Virus record (IMG/VR): IMGVR_UViG_3300045988_108221
Coordinates: 4,654 to 68,653 of that record
Strand: one strand, 5' to 3'
Origin: a virus
DNA: 64,000 nucleotides
Both the position numbers and the translations under genes were made by a program. The notes below the pieces were generated by a model. That model saw only the letters and a program-made list of their open reading frames with translations. It had not been told where the DNA came from and searched no databases. Below, one piece after another: positions 9,801-19,087 of the stretch (position 1 is its first letter; every line of letters begins with the position of its first letter).

Positions 9801-11831
9801 AAGGTCGGACAATGTCTCTACAACCATTGCTACAATCATGATGATACCAAGCCATCCGCCAGCAAGTGCTTTTAAACCAGACCCAACACCTTTGATTGCA
9901 CCGCTTGTTGTTGCCATAGCTCGACCAACGCCACTTGTTGCAACAGATGCTTCTTGTGCAGCGACAATATATCCATTTACATGAGTCGTAGCTTCAGTCC
10001 ATAGTCTTGAAACATTCTTAATTACTAATTGGCTGACAGAACCCCATCTGCGTTGAGCAATTAATGCGGCAAGAGTTGCACCAGCTATAACATACATAGA
10101 AGATGGAATAGAGTCAAGCCATTTTAATAAACCCAAGGTGACATCCAATGTGGCTTTAATTGCAGAACCAAGAGTATGACTGCTTGATGTCATTTTCTCC
10201 CATTGAGCAGAAATTTGTTTAAGTTTTGTCTCAATAGTATCTAATTGCATACCAACTTGAGCGTTTGTAAAACCCATAGAAGAAGACGATTGTTTTAATG
10301 CTTCAAGATACTCATTTAAATCTAACATGGCATCTGCTTTATTCCATTGCCATTTACCACCTGAGATAGCCTTTAAAAGACCCTCCATGGACTCTTTTGA
10401 CCCTTGAGCTTTAATCATTAAATCTAATAGAACATCGTCAACTTTACGGAACGATTTTTCACCATTTTCGCCGACCTTATAGACTTCGATACCAAAGTCT
10501 TGCAATGCGGAGATTGCTTTTTTAGAGTGAATAGAACCAAAGATAGACTTTAAGGCATTACCGATTTCACCGCCGTCTGCTTGTGTTTTTCGAGCCATAA
10601 CAGCGACAAGTGCTTGTGCGGAATGAAATGATACACCAACTTCTGCGGCAGATTGAGCCATACGCTTGTTTGCTTCAGATAATGTTTGTGCAGAAACCGT
10701 ATAGTTATGAGCTAATGCAGTCCACGAATCAATAATACGGCTTGAAACACTCACAGCATCGTTTGCATTATGAATTTGGAAACCCCATTGCATGATTGAA
10801 GACTCAAGTGCTTTATTGGCAGATACGATGTCAAACGCATCGGCTACCGCAAGTTTAGTGGCTGCATCTGTTAACGCAAGTACTGTGTTGTTATCTTTGT
10901 ATGCACGACCCCAAAGTTTGGCAGACTCAATCATTTCATGGCTAGTTGTACCATACTTAACGGCAAGTCCTTGTAGTTTGCTTTGCATTTCCTCAAGCTC
11001 ATGCTTAAAGTGTTCCGCTTCTTGCCCAGATAATTGTAGACCATTCACCATATGCGATGGGTCAACTTCCATTAAACTTCGTGCAAAAGCGTTTGTTTGA
11101 CCTGTTCCATGTTTCATTACTTGGGCGAAACCAGCCATATCTTTTTCAACATGTGCCATTTGAGTGAAACTTTGGATAGTTTTATCTAATGCAAACGATG
11201 CGACCATGCGTGTTGCAAGATAACCAAGTCTATGACCTACGTTTTCTGTGTCAATGCCCCATTGTTTTAAAAGACCAATGTTTTCTCTTGTTGCCAAGTT
11301 GACAACTTTTTGTGCTTGATATAGTTTTTGCAATTCAGTATTGAGTGCTCGTGCATTTTGAGCATAAGCCATTGGATTTGTAGCAAAATTTTGTCTATAA
11401 TTTTCTTCCGCTTGTCTCTTTAGGCTCGCAATCTGTCCAGAGAACGATTGTTCTTTAGCCGTCATTGAAGACCGCTGTAATGATTGCCCTAGTTTTTCAA
11501 TGTTTCTTGAAGCATCGGTTACTTCCTTAGAGACATTCTTTGTCATATCACGAACGCTTGCAAACCTAGAGGTTACTTGTCCAAGGGAATTACTGAGAGT
11601 TGCACCGCTTGCAGATGCGGTTTTAAGACTCCTGTCGAGTTGTGCGGCATACTCAGTTAACTTCTTGAATTGGTCTCCACCAGCTTTAACATTAATGGAA
11701 ATATCCTTTACATTCTTGAGTCGTCCAATGGCTTTATCGAGTTCTTGAAGACCCTTGATAACCTTTTGGGTGTCGTCATGGATATTACCATAGTTGACCT
11801 TTATATCATATCCGAATTTCTTATTCGCCAT
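6852..11831 (-). CDS. tape measure protein with internal tail-lysozyme domain
   Basis: 1659 aa, coiled-coil rich, with a hydrophobic central segment. Carries the block AIDFLVKQGFSVNQAYGIVGNLQVESF..GAYGIAQWQGSR. Lies downstream of the frameshifted chaperone pair. Confidence 0.9.
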   Translation of the reverse strand: MANKKFGYDIKVNYGNIHDDTQKVIKGLQELDKAIGRLKNVKDISINVKAGGDQFKKLTEYAAQLDRSLKTASASGATLSNSLGQVTSRFASVRDMTKNVSKEVTDASRNIEKLGQSLQRSSMTAKEQSFSGQIASLKRQAEENYRQNFATNPMAYAQNARALNTELQKLYQAQKVVNLATRENIGLLKQWGIDTENVGHRLGYLATRMVASFALDKTIQSFTQMAHVEKDMAGFAQVMKHGTGQTNAFARSLMEVDPSHMVNGLQLSGQEAEHFKHELEEMQSKLQGLAVKYGTTSHEMIESAKLWGRAYKDNNTVLALTDAATKLAVADAFDIVSANKALESSIMQWGFQIHNANDAVSVSSRIIDSWTALAHNYTVSAQTLSEANKRMAQSAAEVGVSFHSAQALVAVMARKTQADGGEIGNALKSIFGSIHSKKAISALQDFGIEVYKVGENGEKSFRKVDDVLLDLMIKAQGSKESMEGLLKAISGGKWQWNKADAMLDLNEYLEALKQSSSSMGFTNAQVGMQLDTIETKLKQISAQWEKMTSSSHTLGSAIKATLDVTLGLLKWLDSIPSSMYVIAGATLAALIAQRRWGSVSQLVIKNVSRLWTEATTHVNGYIVAAQEASVATSGVGRAMATTSGAIKGVGSGLKALAGGWLGIIMIVAMVVETLSDLYTASQDTTKSLYEDYSAHQKLAQQYEETAARMEEARGVAEQYITIHSRLQEKIKDTATSEQERITLQNQVQESEQGLIAILGEEETAYVLAADSAEEQSQRAQDAITRKKEELQKSAEDERAAIAETANQLRAATNANIDSLKSEETSWIRRMAILKEYIGWVGLAQMAYAKLLQIIGEWKEKRANARIEDLKKQLEEDKAEAEARRAEGDLQGAQAFENRMAETEHQMNISQESLSMAKQWQDEAQDSIAKLNARAIANIRVEQAEKLNELDMTANSGHAGGGAIGGGNTGDYARSELPDGAGDESKGKKGKSSSKKQKNPLAETRVGAAIDFLVKQGFSVNQAYGIVGNLQVESFDDIRPWAEDGTGAYGIAQWQGSRLEDLKQFARDNQSDYTAFETQLAFLVYELQHKERGNWQKVLSESVNGTPEEYASYFDKYVERSSQEHNWVRQQKARALANNGYGDEDKTADNRANKLIEKQKKVENIALKLAKEQLEMENAMKPKEQADFAKETASLTEKIKSMQKEIDELLKLNPQANVKSLQETMKKYEATMTHRLQDKYRDKDYDEAVQMMKDRHENEDLDRDIAGTSENFWVSDVRTVNRLVEEYMIKVKKYQDMVAAFKRGDSEYTEADIRKAGLELKKLEVQIKKTGNALNKNIKQQTHDVFHGLIFEGKKFKDVWKDLWKQLAEDALKMIFKIQDGNGGLLQNLLKRFDKKYQKGINPVLGGDGKDGKNIGGIDESLNHQMLTAQSTRNLDKNFETFMANTQNGTAWQQATFTDAVIYGNVQGEKGNVDLPETTKDKDGKTDVSQYINAGMKIAGGGNNKWMGTLSTVMGFAKQFGLLKFAGGGSVDKDQLVRVGEGDKKEWIIPTSDKARGRQLLNQAAKDLGVGVTSGIEPKWQHEETKNGAMSDATKRQDRLMNQMVANTHAMTKGMNYMANNSSGSQQSIAQPVFVKQTISDQDFLSKYQKLIALGKLKQA

Positions 11832-11845
11832 TTATTTACTCCATT

Positions 11846-12112
11846 CTATTCTGCATATCCAGAACTTAAAAGACCTCGAATGGCATCTGCTCCTGTTACT
11901 GAATTGGAGTCAACAAAAGAGTCTTCCGATGAATCATCTAGTTTATTATTTTCGTTTAATGCAGTAGATAAACCCTCTAGTTCTGGCAAGGTATATTCCA
12001 TTAGACTTGCTTTTGTTTCGCTCGTGTGTTGAACAAGGGATGCGATTACATTGTCGAGTCCGCCATCCCCTGTAGACCCATCATTATCTTTTTTTTTAAA
12101 CCTGAGATACAC
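11846..12112 (-). CDS. tail assembly chaperone, -1 frameshift extension (T part of G-T)
   Basis: This reading frame is -1 relative to 12046..12438 and overlaps it across the A-run. Acidic C-terminal extension. Confidence 0.7.
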   Translation of the reverse strand: MYLRFKKKDNDGSTGDGGLDNVIASLVQHTSETKASLMEYTLPELEGLSTALNENNKLDDSSEDSFVDSNSVTGADAIRGLLSSGYAE

Positions 12113-12438
12113 ATGTATTCATCTAAGATTTCGATACCGCTATCTAAATCAACAACATCCATTACTTCTTTTCTTGGAATGTGTAATGCAAGCTCAAATA
12201 ATTCACACATGGCATTAAATGCCACATAGTCATATTTCACTTTACCATTCTTATCTAGTTCGAATGAACCGTCTTCCTTAGTAATTGGTGTTGGTAAATT
12301 CAAATATAAATACTGGTCATTAATCTTAGACAACAACCGTTCTACTCTTGCATAGTCACCAAGTTTCATTGGATGGATTTGATATTCTTTATCGCCAAGT
12401 TGAACGTATTTACTCTTAGGAATTAATGTGTCTGCCAT
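12046..12438 (-). CDS. tail assembly chaperone (G)
   Basis: 130 aa, sits between the major tail and tape measure genes, ends shortly after the slippery run. Confidence 0.7.
   Translation of the reverse strand: MADTLIPKSKYVQLGDKEYQIHPMKLGDYARVERLLSKINDQYLYLNLPTPITKEDGSFELDKNGKVKYDYVAFNAMCELFELALHIPRKEVMDVVDLDSGIEILDEYMCISGLKKKIMMGLQGMADSTM
12089..12100 (-). promoter_or_regulatory. programmed -1 ribosomal frameshift slippery site
   Basis: Minus strand GGT TTA AAA AAA AAG (9 A in a row). 0 frame reads ..SGLKKKIMMG.., -1 frame reads ..LRFKKKDNDGSTG.. Confidence 0.75.
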
Positions 12439-12455
12439 ATGTTAAATCTCCATAT

Positions 12456-12488
12456 ATAAAAAATAAGGGGCATCATTAAGATGCCCCC
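12456..12488 (-). terminator. rho-independent terminator after the major tail gene
   Basis: GGGGCATC / GATGCCCC stem (12467-12474 / 12480-12487), followed on the minus strand by TTATTTTTT. Confidence 0.75.
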
Positions 12489-12496
12489 ATAAGTTT

Positions 12497-13294
12497 TTAT
12501 TGAATTTCTTGAGTGATTTCCAAGATTTTACCATCGGTACGAGTAGTGTCGTACATTACCTCAAACTCAAGTTGAGGAGCGGACGCCTTTTGGCGTTCGT
12601 GGTCTATATCCATCTTGCCTGTAGCACGTGCACGGAAGATGTGAGTATGAAGAACAACTTTTTTGCCATCGCCCATATCAACTGGGTTAGAAACGTGGCG
12701 GATTTCCACGAATTGAGGAACAGATGTTGCTTTCATTGTTGCACGGCGAGATGTTGTATCAGTACGCAAACCAGATACTTCGATGTATTTATTTGTTACA
12801 GATGCACCTAGCGTGATAGCACCGTTTGCATCAATCGTAAATTGACCTGCGGATGGAGATGCTTTTACATAAACTAAAGTTTCACGTTCGTCTTCCATTT
12901 GCACATCGTTCGCAAGTACAACAATTGTATCTTCTGGAATTACATTGGATACGTTTGGTACAGTAAAGGATGTACCGCTTGCAATCAATGTAGGTTCAAC
13001 AGAGAAAATCAAAGTACCTTTGTTATCGATTTCAGCACCAGCAGTTACACCAAGATAATCAAGGTTGAAACGTGCTTCTGTAAATGATGCAGATACAGAG
13101 GATTCTTTATTCAAGATATAAATAGGTGGCAAGGCATCTGAGCCATACACCTTTTCGTCAGATGAACTAAATGATAGTTTCATTGTTTGAAGCGTGCCTA
13201 GTTTGTAGGCTTCAACTTTGCCGTTTACGACACGTTTCGCCCATGCTTCACCTACACCGTTCAAAACAAAGTTTTTGCCAGTTTGTTGTGCCAT
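12497..13294 (-). CDS. major tail protein
   Basis: Start moved to ATG 13294 (MAQQTGKNFVLNG..) behind CAGGAGAATAC. 265 aa with a strong terminator downstream. Assignment by position. Confidence 0.65.
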   Translation of the reverse strand: MAQQTGKNFVLNGVGEAWAKRVVNGKVEAYKLGTLQTMKLSFSSSDEKVYGSDALPPIYILNKESSVSASFTEARFNLDYLGVTAGAEIDNKGTLIFSVEPTLIASGTSFTVPNVSNVIPEDTIVVLANDVQMEDERETLVYVKASPSAGQFTIDANGAITLGASVTNKYIEVSGLRTDTTSRRATMKATSVPQFVEIRHVSNPVDMGDGKKVVLHTHIFRARATGKMDIDHERQKASAPQLEFEVMYDTTRTDGKILEITQEIQ

Positions 13295-13322
13295 TAAGTA
13301 TTCTCCTGTAATTAAGATGTAA

Positions 13323-13742
13323 TCAAGACCAAGTAAATGGTCTAACTCTAAACATATAACCAATAAGACCTGCTGTGCCTGTAGAGAATGAACCCTCAGC
13401 ATAAACAGACATATCTTCATAATGTTTTTTTAACAATTTGTTCAGGTGGATATATAAGTCATTCATTAGTTTGCGATTGTTACTCCGACCAATAAGTCGA
13501 AACTCAAGCATATTCTTGTTAACCATCCAATTCTTTGTTCCACCTACGGATGGTATGAACGACATAACAAAATAAATATCTTGTTTTTCGTCAACGAGTT
13601 CAGCACCTGCCAACCCTCGTCTCATTTTAGTGTTCCATTCAGTAAGACTCGTTGGGTCTTTTACCCTCAGTAACATAGCCAAGGTTTCATCCTTGCGGAA
13701 TGTATCCCATATTTCGTCTAACAGTTGTACCGTATACTTCAT
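13323..13742 (-). CDS. tail completion / head-tail joining protein (unassigned)
   Basis: Start moved to ATG 13742 (MKYTVQLL..), which overlaps the upstream stop as ATGA. Assignment by synteny only. Confidence 0.4.
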   Translation of the reverse strand: MKYTVQLLDEIWDTFRKDETLAMLLRVKDPTSLTEWNTKMRRGLAGAELVDEKQDIYFVMSFIPSVGGTKNWMVNKNMLEFRLIGRSNNRKLMNDLYIHLNKLLKKHYEDMSVYAEGSFSTGTAGLIGYMFRVRPFTWS

Positions 13743-14347
13743 GCGTTTGCCCCTTTGAAACATCCCTCGATTGAGTCCATTAACCACTCATCGACTGCTT
13801 CATTAATTGCATCTTCAAGTTCAATACACCAATAGAAGACCTCTTCTTCCACAATATGTAGTGGTTCTTGTGGTTCTAGTGGTGGTAATGGTTTTGCCTT
13901 GGGGTTCTTCCGTGGTAGCGGTTTCTCAAGGTTTTTCCCATATAATTTACCACTAGATTTTGTATCCTTTCCACCTCTTTCAGGGGAATGGATAATATCT
14001 CCTTTGTCACGACCTGTGATTGCATTTCCATTAGCTGTCCTAGCGTTGTTGAACCACGAGGAGTTCATGTAATCTGAGACATCTGGGTTGCCTAGGTCTC
14101 CAATTTCTGCACTCGTGTTTGTCACCATAAGTGAACCTGAGCCATACTCAAGGATAAAAGCACCAAGACCCTCAAAATCTAAACCAAGTCTAACCATGTT
14201 TTTGCTTGGTGTATATCGTCTAAGTGTTATATCGTGAGCAGTATATTCACCTTGGTCTGTCGCACTCCATCGTTGCTGGATGCGTTCTGTTAAAGCGAAT
14301 ACATGGTCTTCGACAACCTTAGAGACTACATCTTGGATTGTTTCCAT
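13739..14347 (-). CDS. head-tail joining protein (unassigned)
   Basis: 202-aa ORF in the connector block; no motif recognised. Confidence 0.4.
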   Translation of the reverse strand: METIQDVVSKVVEDHVFALTERIQQRWSATDQGEYTAHDITLRRYTPSKNMVRLGLDFEGLGAFILEYGSGSLMVTNTSAEIGDLGNPDVSDYMNSSWFNNARTANGNAITGRDKGDIIHSPERGGKDTKSSGKLYGKNLEKPLPRKNPKAKPLPPLEPQEPLHIVEEEVFYWCIELEDAINEAVDEWLMDSIEGCFKGANA

Positions 14348-14349
14348 GG

Positions 14350-14937
14350 TTAGCCACGCTCATCTGGTGAGCATTGCACATACAAGAATGGAGCAAAATC
14401 GAACTTGTTGATTACATCAATTTGTAAGAACTGCCCATTGATTTCGATTCTATCAAGTAGTGCCACACCAGTATCTTTGGGTAAAATAAAACGCTTGGTT
14501 GTAGTTGGTAACAAACCATAGTCAAATATATGCATTTTGGCAGAAACATCTTCGTATACACACTTAAGATTTTTCACTTTAAGTGTAGCGGTGGTGCCTG
14601 CCGTGTTACCATATTCGTCTAGTTGATTGTCAACACTATAGATATTTACTGTGGTATTAGTTGTGTAAAACTCACCTTTGTCTCCCTTGAATGAGTTTGT
14701 TTTTGCGACCAAGAACAGCGTATCGCCATTCTTGCGTTCGCAGATGTCTCCACACTCAAGTGCAGAGTCAGACATTAGATTTCCCCATCTGACATTATTC
14801 ACAAGAAACCGTTTTGTACCACGACCGATTCGAGTAAAAAGTACAAACTCAGGCTTCTTGCCATCACATTTTATAGTCTCTCTCCATGATGCGAACATCC
14901 GAGTACAGTCAAACTTAGGCGTATATTTTTCTCTCAT
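14350..14937 (-). CDS. head-tail joining protein (unassigned)
   Basis: 195-aa ORF in the connector block. Confidence 0.4.
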   Translation of the reverse strand: MREKYTPKFDCTRMFASWRETIKCDGKKPEFVLFTRIGRGTKRFLVNNVRWGNLMSDSALECGDICERKNGDTLFLVAKTNSFKGDKGEFYTTNTTVNIYSVDNQLDEYGNTAGTTATLKVKNLKCVYEDVSAKMHIFDYGLLPTTTKRFILPKDTGVALLDRIEINGQFLQIDVINKFDFAPFLYVQCSPDERG

Positions 14938-14949
14938 ATATACCTCCGT

Positions 14950-15522
14950 TTAGAACCTGTAGCGAGACAATAGAGACTTAATCTCATTCGTAAACAAATT
15001 AGGGTCAGCAAGGGAAAATCTAGCATCAAGTGTAGTCATTGAGTCTAATGCAGTAAAGGTTGATACCTGAGATATATTCATGGCAAGCATAGCACATGCA
15101 GTTTTTACTTCTTCTGGGATTCCATCATACCCATACTTGTATGTGACCTTGTAATATCTTGCACCACGCAAGAAGATTTTTGAATATGACATTTTATTGG
15201 CATTATTTAGTAGATAAACGTATTTACTGCCGTCAAAATCGTACAGATATGGCTCTATTTCAACACCAACTTCATTTACATCTCGTGTATGAACACCTTG
15301 GATAGACTCAATCTCTAATACAGGGTCATTCTTAAGTATCAGAATACCCTTGCGGTTCGGATGAACAACTTCGATTGCCCTGTTTTGTGAGAACTTTGAT
15401 TGACCATTGTTCGTTCCAACATAGGCATCAATCATTGTCGATGCGAAGCGAACATGAGTCTCATCAAAGGGAATAATCGTTGCATATTCGTCAATCTCAT
15501 TTGGTTCTAAGTACATCGACAT
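14950..15522 (-). CDS. head-tail connector protein (gp6-like position)
   Basis: Start moved to ATG 15522 (MSMYLEPNEIDEYA..) behind CAGGAGAG. Confidence 0.4.
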   Translation of the reverse strand: MSMYLEPNEIDEYATIIPFDETHVRFASTMIDAYVGTNNGQSKFSQNRAIEVVHPNRKGILILKNDPVLEIESIQGVHTRDVNEVGVEIEPYLYDFDGSKYVYLLNNANKMSYSKIFLRGARYYKVTYKYGYDGIPEEVKTACAMLAMNISQVSTFTALDSMTTLDARFSLADPNLFTNEIKSLLSRYRF

Positions 15523-15535
15523 ATTGACTCTCCTG

Positions 15536-15745
15536 TTATTCAGCTTCCGTTTCTTCTTTGTTTTTGGACTGTTTAGTGTCCAATGGTTTAACAACTTTGC
15601 CAGCTTTTTTATCCACAGGCTCTAGTACGGCTTCATTCAAAGCGTATTCTTCCTCGGAAACCTCAAAGCGACCGTTGTCAGATTCAATGATGCGACCACA
15701 CAGATAAATGCGTTTTGCATCACTATCTTTTAATGTTACTAACAT
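15536..15745 (-). CDS. small hypothetical protein
   Basis: Start moved to ATG 15745 (MLVTLKDSDAKR..) behind GGAGA; 69 aa. Confidence 0.4.
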   Translation of the reverse strand: MLVTLKDSDAKRIYLCGRIIESDNGRFEVSEEEYALNEAVLEPVDKKAGKVVKPLDTKQSKNKEETEAE

Positions 15746-15771
15746 ATGTATCTCCATTCGGTTAAAACATT

Positions 15772-15791
15772 GGGGTGTCAAAAGACACCCC
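15772..15791 (-). terminator. hairpin after the major capsid gene (attenuator/terminator)
   Basis: GGGGTGTC aaaa GACACCCC, followed on the minus strand by AATGTTTT. Confidence 0.5.
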
Positions 15792-15819
15792 TGTGATTAA
15801 TCGTTTGAATTATAGCTGA

Positions 15820-16842
15820 TTACGCTTCAACAAAATCAACTTTGAAGTGAGCACCTGCATCTGCACCTTTAGCAACAACTGCGTCAAACATTACTGCAAC
15901 GTACTCGTCTAATAAGTCTTTAGTGTCGCCCATTTTGAATACACGAGCTTCAGAATCACCAACCCAATGACGTTCGATTAAGTTTTCGTTTACAACATAC
16001 AATGTATGTTTTTTGTTAGATGGGTCAAATGGGATATAGTTGTCTGGAATCAATGGTAAATAGCCAGCTTGTGTACGGATAGTATTCACAATGAAACCAT
16101 TGCCTAAATCAACTTTATCAGCAGATTGGTCTACGCTGAAGTTAGGACGGCGAAGTTCTGCACGGCTTAAGTAATCAATAGTCAATGGGTTCGCATAGAT
16201 AGCTGTAGGCATCCCTACAAACTTAGTAGATGCCAAGTTTTGAGCCATTTTCGTGCGAATAGTATCTGTTACAAAATCACCAGAAGCAGTTGCAAAGCTA
16301 TAAGGGTTAGCCACAGTTACAGAGTCTGTAATTTGTGTTGCCAAACCGCAGTATTCAGTTGCAGTAGAGTCTTCAGTAGAAGTTGCATTACCTGTCCAAA
16401 TACCTTTATTGGATGTTTGATATAAATCAACAAGCATATCTGCCATGTCTTTATTTAACATTTGTTTAGCAAGTTCATCGCCTTGTTGAGCAACAATATC
16501 TTGGTCGAATAAAGAGTATTTAATACCAGAAGTGATTGCTTTAATGAACAATGCACGTTCTTTACGACCATAGTCTTCATCGTAAGTACCTGTAACACCG
16601 TATTTACCAGAGTCACCTGTGCGAGCATCTACGAATTTTGCGTTGTGTGCAATCTTAGTTTGTTCCCAATATCTAGATGGGTGACCTGTCGCCATTACGG
16701 ATTTGATACGGTCACGGATTGTTACTTGACGATTCAACAAGTCAAGCATATCTTTTTGGAACTTAGGAAGTTCGATATAGTGAGATTGATTGTAGTCTGC
16801 AACGGCTGCTGCAGAGATAAAACCTGTTTTTGTTACTGCCAT
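15820..16842 (-). CDS. major capsid protein
   Basis: 340 aa, downstream of the scaffold gene with a hairpin after it. Size and position are typical of an HK97-fold capsid. Confidence 0.75.
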   Translation of the reverse strand: MAVTKTGFISAAAVADYNQSHYIELPKFQKDMLDLLNRQVTIRDRIKSVMATGHPSRYWEQTKIAHNAKFVDARTGDSGKYGVTGTYDEDYGRKERALFIKAITSGIKYSLFDQDIVAQQGDELAKQMLNKDMADMLVDLYQTSNKGIWTGNATSTEDSTATEYCGLATQITDSVTVANPYSFATASGDFVTDTIRTKMAQNLASTKFVGMPTAIYANPLTIDYLSRAELRRPNFSVDQSADKVDLGNGFIVNTIRTQAGYLPLIPDNYIPFDPSNKKHTLYVVNENLIERHWVGDSEARVFKMGDTKDLLDEYVAVMFDAVVAKGADAGAHFKVDFVEA

Positions 16843-16887
16843 ATTATGTAGTCTCCTGTTATGAATAGTACTTAAATATCGTCTGTA

Positions 16888-17790
16888 TTATAATACAGAG
16901 TTAACCATATCTGCGAAGTCTGTGAAGTTTTCTTTCTTGCCAGCTTCTAATTTTGCTTTTGTTTCAAGATTTTTAACATCGGAAACAACAGTTGTTTCTT
17001 TTGCGGATGCTTCGATTTCTGCATCTTTGTCAGCAACAGCTTTTTCCAATTCAGCGATTTTCGCATCTTTTTCAGCGATTGTTACATCTTTAGCAGAACA
17101 TTCAGCAGTCAAGCGTTCAACTTCTGCTTTTGCAGTTGCCAATTCTTGAGCTTCAACTTTTGCTTGTTCAGCTTTTGCATTAGCTTCTAATTGAGCCTTG
17201 ATTGTTTCTTCAATAAGGTTTTGAATTTCGTGTTTTTCCATTTGTTTTCCTTTCGCTGCCTTTGCAGCAATTTCAGCAATATAAGTGTTTTGGTATGCGG
17301 CTGCATTTTTAAACAACATAGCAACACCAGTAAATTCGACATCTGCCATTTCAATATAGTCTTCGTGTTCGTGAAGATTGAACATGGCTTCCACGGAGAA
17401 CCCAAGGGAGTCAACGGTCTTTTTAATGAAGTCTGCAATATCTGGGAAGTCGTTTTTATACATGATGCCTGTAAACTTTAGCTCATCACCATCAACCCAA
17501 CACTTTTCGACAACACCAATTTTATTTCTTCGATTGTGAGCAGTCATGAGTTCATCTGGGAATAGCCATGGGTCATAATCACAATTAATACCCATAAGGT
17601 TCATCGTGGATGCACATTTTTCAGCTTCATCAGAAGACAATACTACTGGTCTGTCAACACCATTGGGCGTATAATCAGACGGTGTGTTCAAAAACATACA
17701 AGTACCTGTAAAACGCATTGCATTTGAGTGTAAATTATCAAGGGTTACACTAATTGCATTAGCTTGCAAGGATACCTTTTGCTTATTCAC
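16888..17790 (-). CDS. scaffolding protein (possibly protease-scaffold fusion)
   Basis: C-terminal A/K/E-rich coiled coil (AKAEQAKVEAQELATAKAEVERL..). Lies between the portal and capsid genes. Confidence 0.6.
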   Translation of the reverse strand: MNKQKVSLQANAISVTLDNLHSNAMRFTGTCMFLNTPSDYTPNGVDRPVVLSSDEAEKCASTMNLMGINCDYDPWLFPDELMTAHNRRNKIGVVEKCWVDGDELKFTGIMYKNDFPDIADFIKKTVDSLGFSVEAMFNLHEHEDYIEMADVEFTGVAMLFKNAAAYQNTYIAEIAAKAAKGKQMEKHEIQNLIEETIKAQLEANAKAEQAKVEAQELATAKAEVERLTAECSAKDVTIAEKDAKIAELEKAVADKDAEIEASAKETTVVSDVKNLETKAKLEAGKKENFTDFADMVNSVL

Positions 17791-19087
17791 TATCTGTCTC
17801 TCCTTTCTCCGTAGATTTCTCTAAAGGAACATCTTGTGGGGTGGATATCACTCGTTGTTCAATTAGAGATGATTTATATTCATCGAGCAGTTGATTGCCC
17901 TTTTGAATATCAGGGAGTTCAATACCAAGAACACCATTTAGTTCTTGACGAGCTTCGTTGATTGTGATAACATTACCATCAACAAGTTTTCTAACTCGTT
18001 CAACGGCATCGGCTTGTTGAGCCTTAGTAGGAGTAAACACAAAACGGAACTCAATTTTGCCACCATAACCAAGTCTATCAACGACATATTTATTGATGGC
18101 ACGTTCAAATATTTTCGCCCATGGCTTAATTGTGTATTCCAGCATCTCGTTGTCTTTTTCCGATGATGTTGAACGGTCATTTGAGATTGCAACCCCAAGT
18201 CGTTCTGGTGGAATGTTAAAGCATGTGGCAATAATTTGTAACAACAGCTTTTGCCAATTTAGAGATGCTGACTCGTCACCAATAGGAGACACTTGTTTTG
18301 CATCTAATTGTGTTGTACCAACGATTGCTACAGCAGATTGACCTTGGATTTCACTTTCGATATACACTCGAACTTTCTCGATTTCCTCTTGAGATGCGTT
18401 TGCACCAAGATTAATCAAATACTTTGGCATCGCATTAGAAGAAATATCATTTGCATACTCTTGTACCTCAGATAGATACTTGATGTGTCGATAGGCTTGT
18501 TCTAATGGTGAATAACCAAACTCATCATAAGTCAGTTTCGTGCGTTGTAACATTGCGATTTTATCACATTTATACCACTCCTGAACACCATTGGCGTTCT
18601 GCATGTATCTTGGCTGGTTTAAATCGCCAGACCAATTTGTGACAACTTCAATCGTTTGAGCATCAATAGGGAATAAATACAAAGGTCTATCCCTTTTAAC
18701 AACCTTTTGTTCAAAGAACGCAAGGTCTAACACAATTAAATCTTCAAATAATTTGCCAATGAAGTCATGGTAATCGTCCACAGGGTTAGGTTGTTTAACA
18801 ATCTCAGTTACTTTGCGAATTGCTTTTTTATTTTCGTTATCATCAATAGAAACAACCTCCCATGGCAATGCTAGGATGCCCTCTCGAATTTGATTAATAG
18901 CACTTCTAGCAATAGGTGTTTTTGCCATGTTTCGTAACGCATCGACACTCAACTTAGTTTCCGTGTTTTTGCGTTTCTTATTACCCCAACGACCAAACCA
19001 TGTTTGTGTTACATTGGCAATAGTATCTCGTGTAACGAAAGCACTCATCCATGCGTAAATTTTTTCTCGTAGGTTCATCGTTTCCAA
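17783..19087 (-). CDS. portal protein
   Basis: 434 aa, immediately downstream of and overlapping TerL; acidic C-terminus. Confidence 0.8.
   Translation of the reverse strand: METMNLREKIYAWMSAFVTRDTIANVTQTWFGRWGNKKRKNTETKLSVDALRNMAKTPIARSAINQIREGILALPWEVVSIDDNENKKAIRKVTEIVKQPNPVDDYHDFIGKLFEDLIVLDLAFFEQKVVKRDRPLYLFPIDAQTIEVVTNWSGDLNQPRYMQNANGVQEWYKCDKIAMLQRTKLTYDEFGYSPLEQAYRHIKYLSEVQEYANDISSNAMPKYLINLGANASQEEIEKVRVYIESEIQGQSAVAIVGTTQLDAKQVSPIGDESASLNWQKLLLQIIATCFNIPPERLGVAISNDRSTSSEKDNEMLEYTIKPWAKIFERAINKYVVDRLGYGGKIEFRFVFTPTKAQQADAVERVRKLVDGNVITINEARQELNGVLGIELPDIQKGNQLLDEYKSSLIEQRVISTPQDVPLEKSTEKGETDSE

Noticed and set aside
1716-11748. Many 60-120 aa ORFs nested in or antisense to the J-like and tape measure genes
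   Set aside because: They lie entirely inside long, well-supported genes. They are typical shadow ORFs.
12497-13420. Long N-terminal extensions given by the ORF track (for example the major tail gene, and 13323..13787, 14950..15594, 36626..36985, 46824..47231, 52802..53194, 54789..55370, 55643..56299)
   Set aside because: Internal ATGs preceded by GGAGG-type SDs give compact, non-overlapping or 1-4 nt overlapping genes. The extensions overlap upstream genes or terminators.
16883-16898. CTGTATTATAATACAG, a perfect match to the gammaproteobacterial LexA box CTGT-N8-ACAG
   Set aside because: It is a single copy that overlaps the scaffold gene stop codon, between the scaffold and capsid genes. 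It is more simply an RNA hairpin or processing signal. The other host signals (SD strength, GAAC-N4-GTTC family) point away from Gammaproteobacteria.
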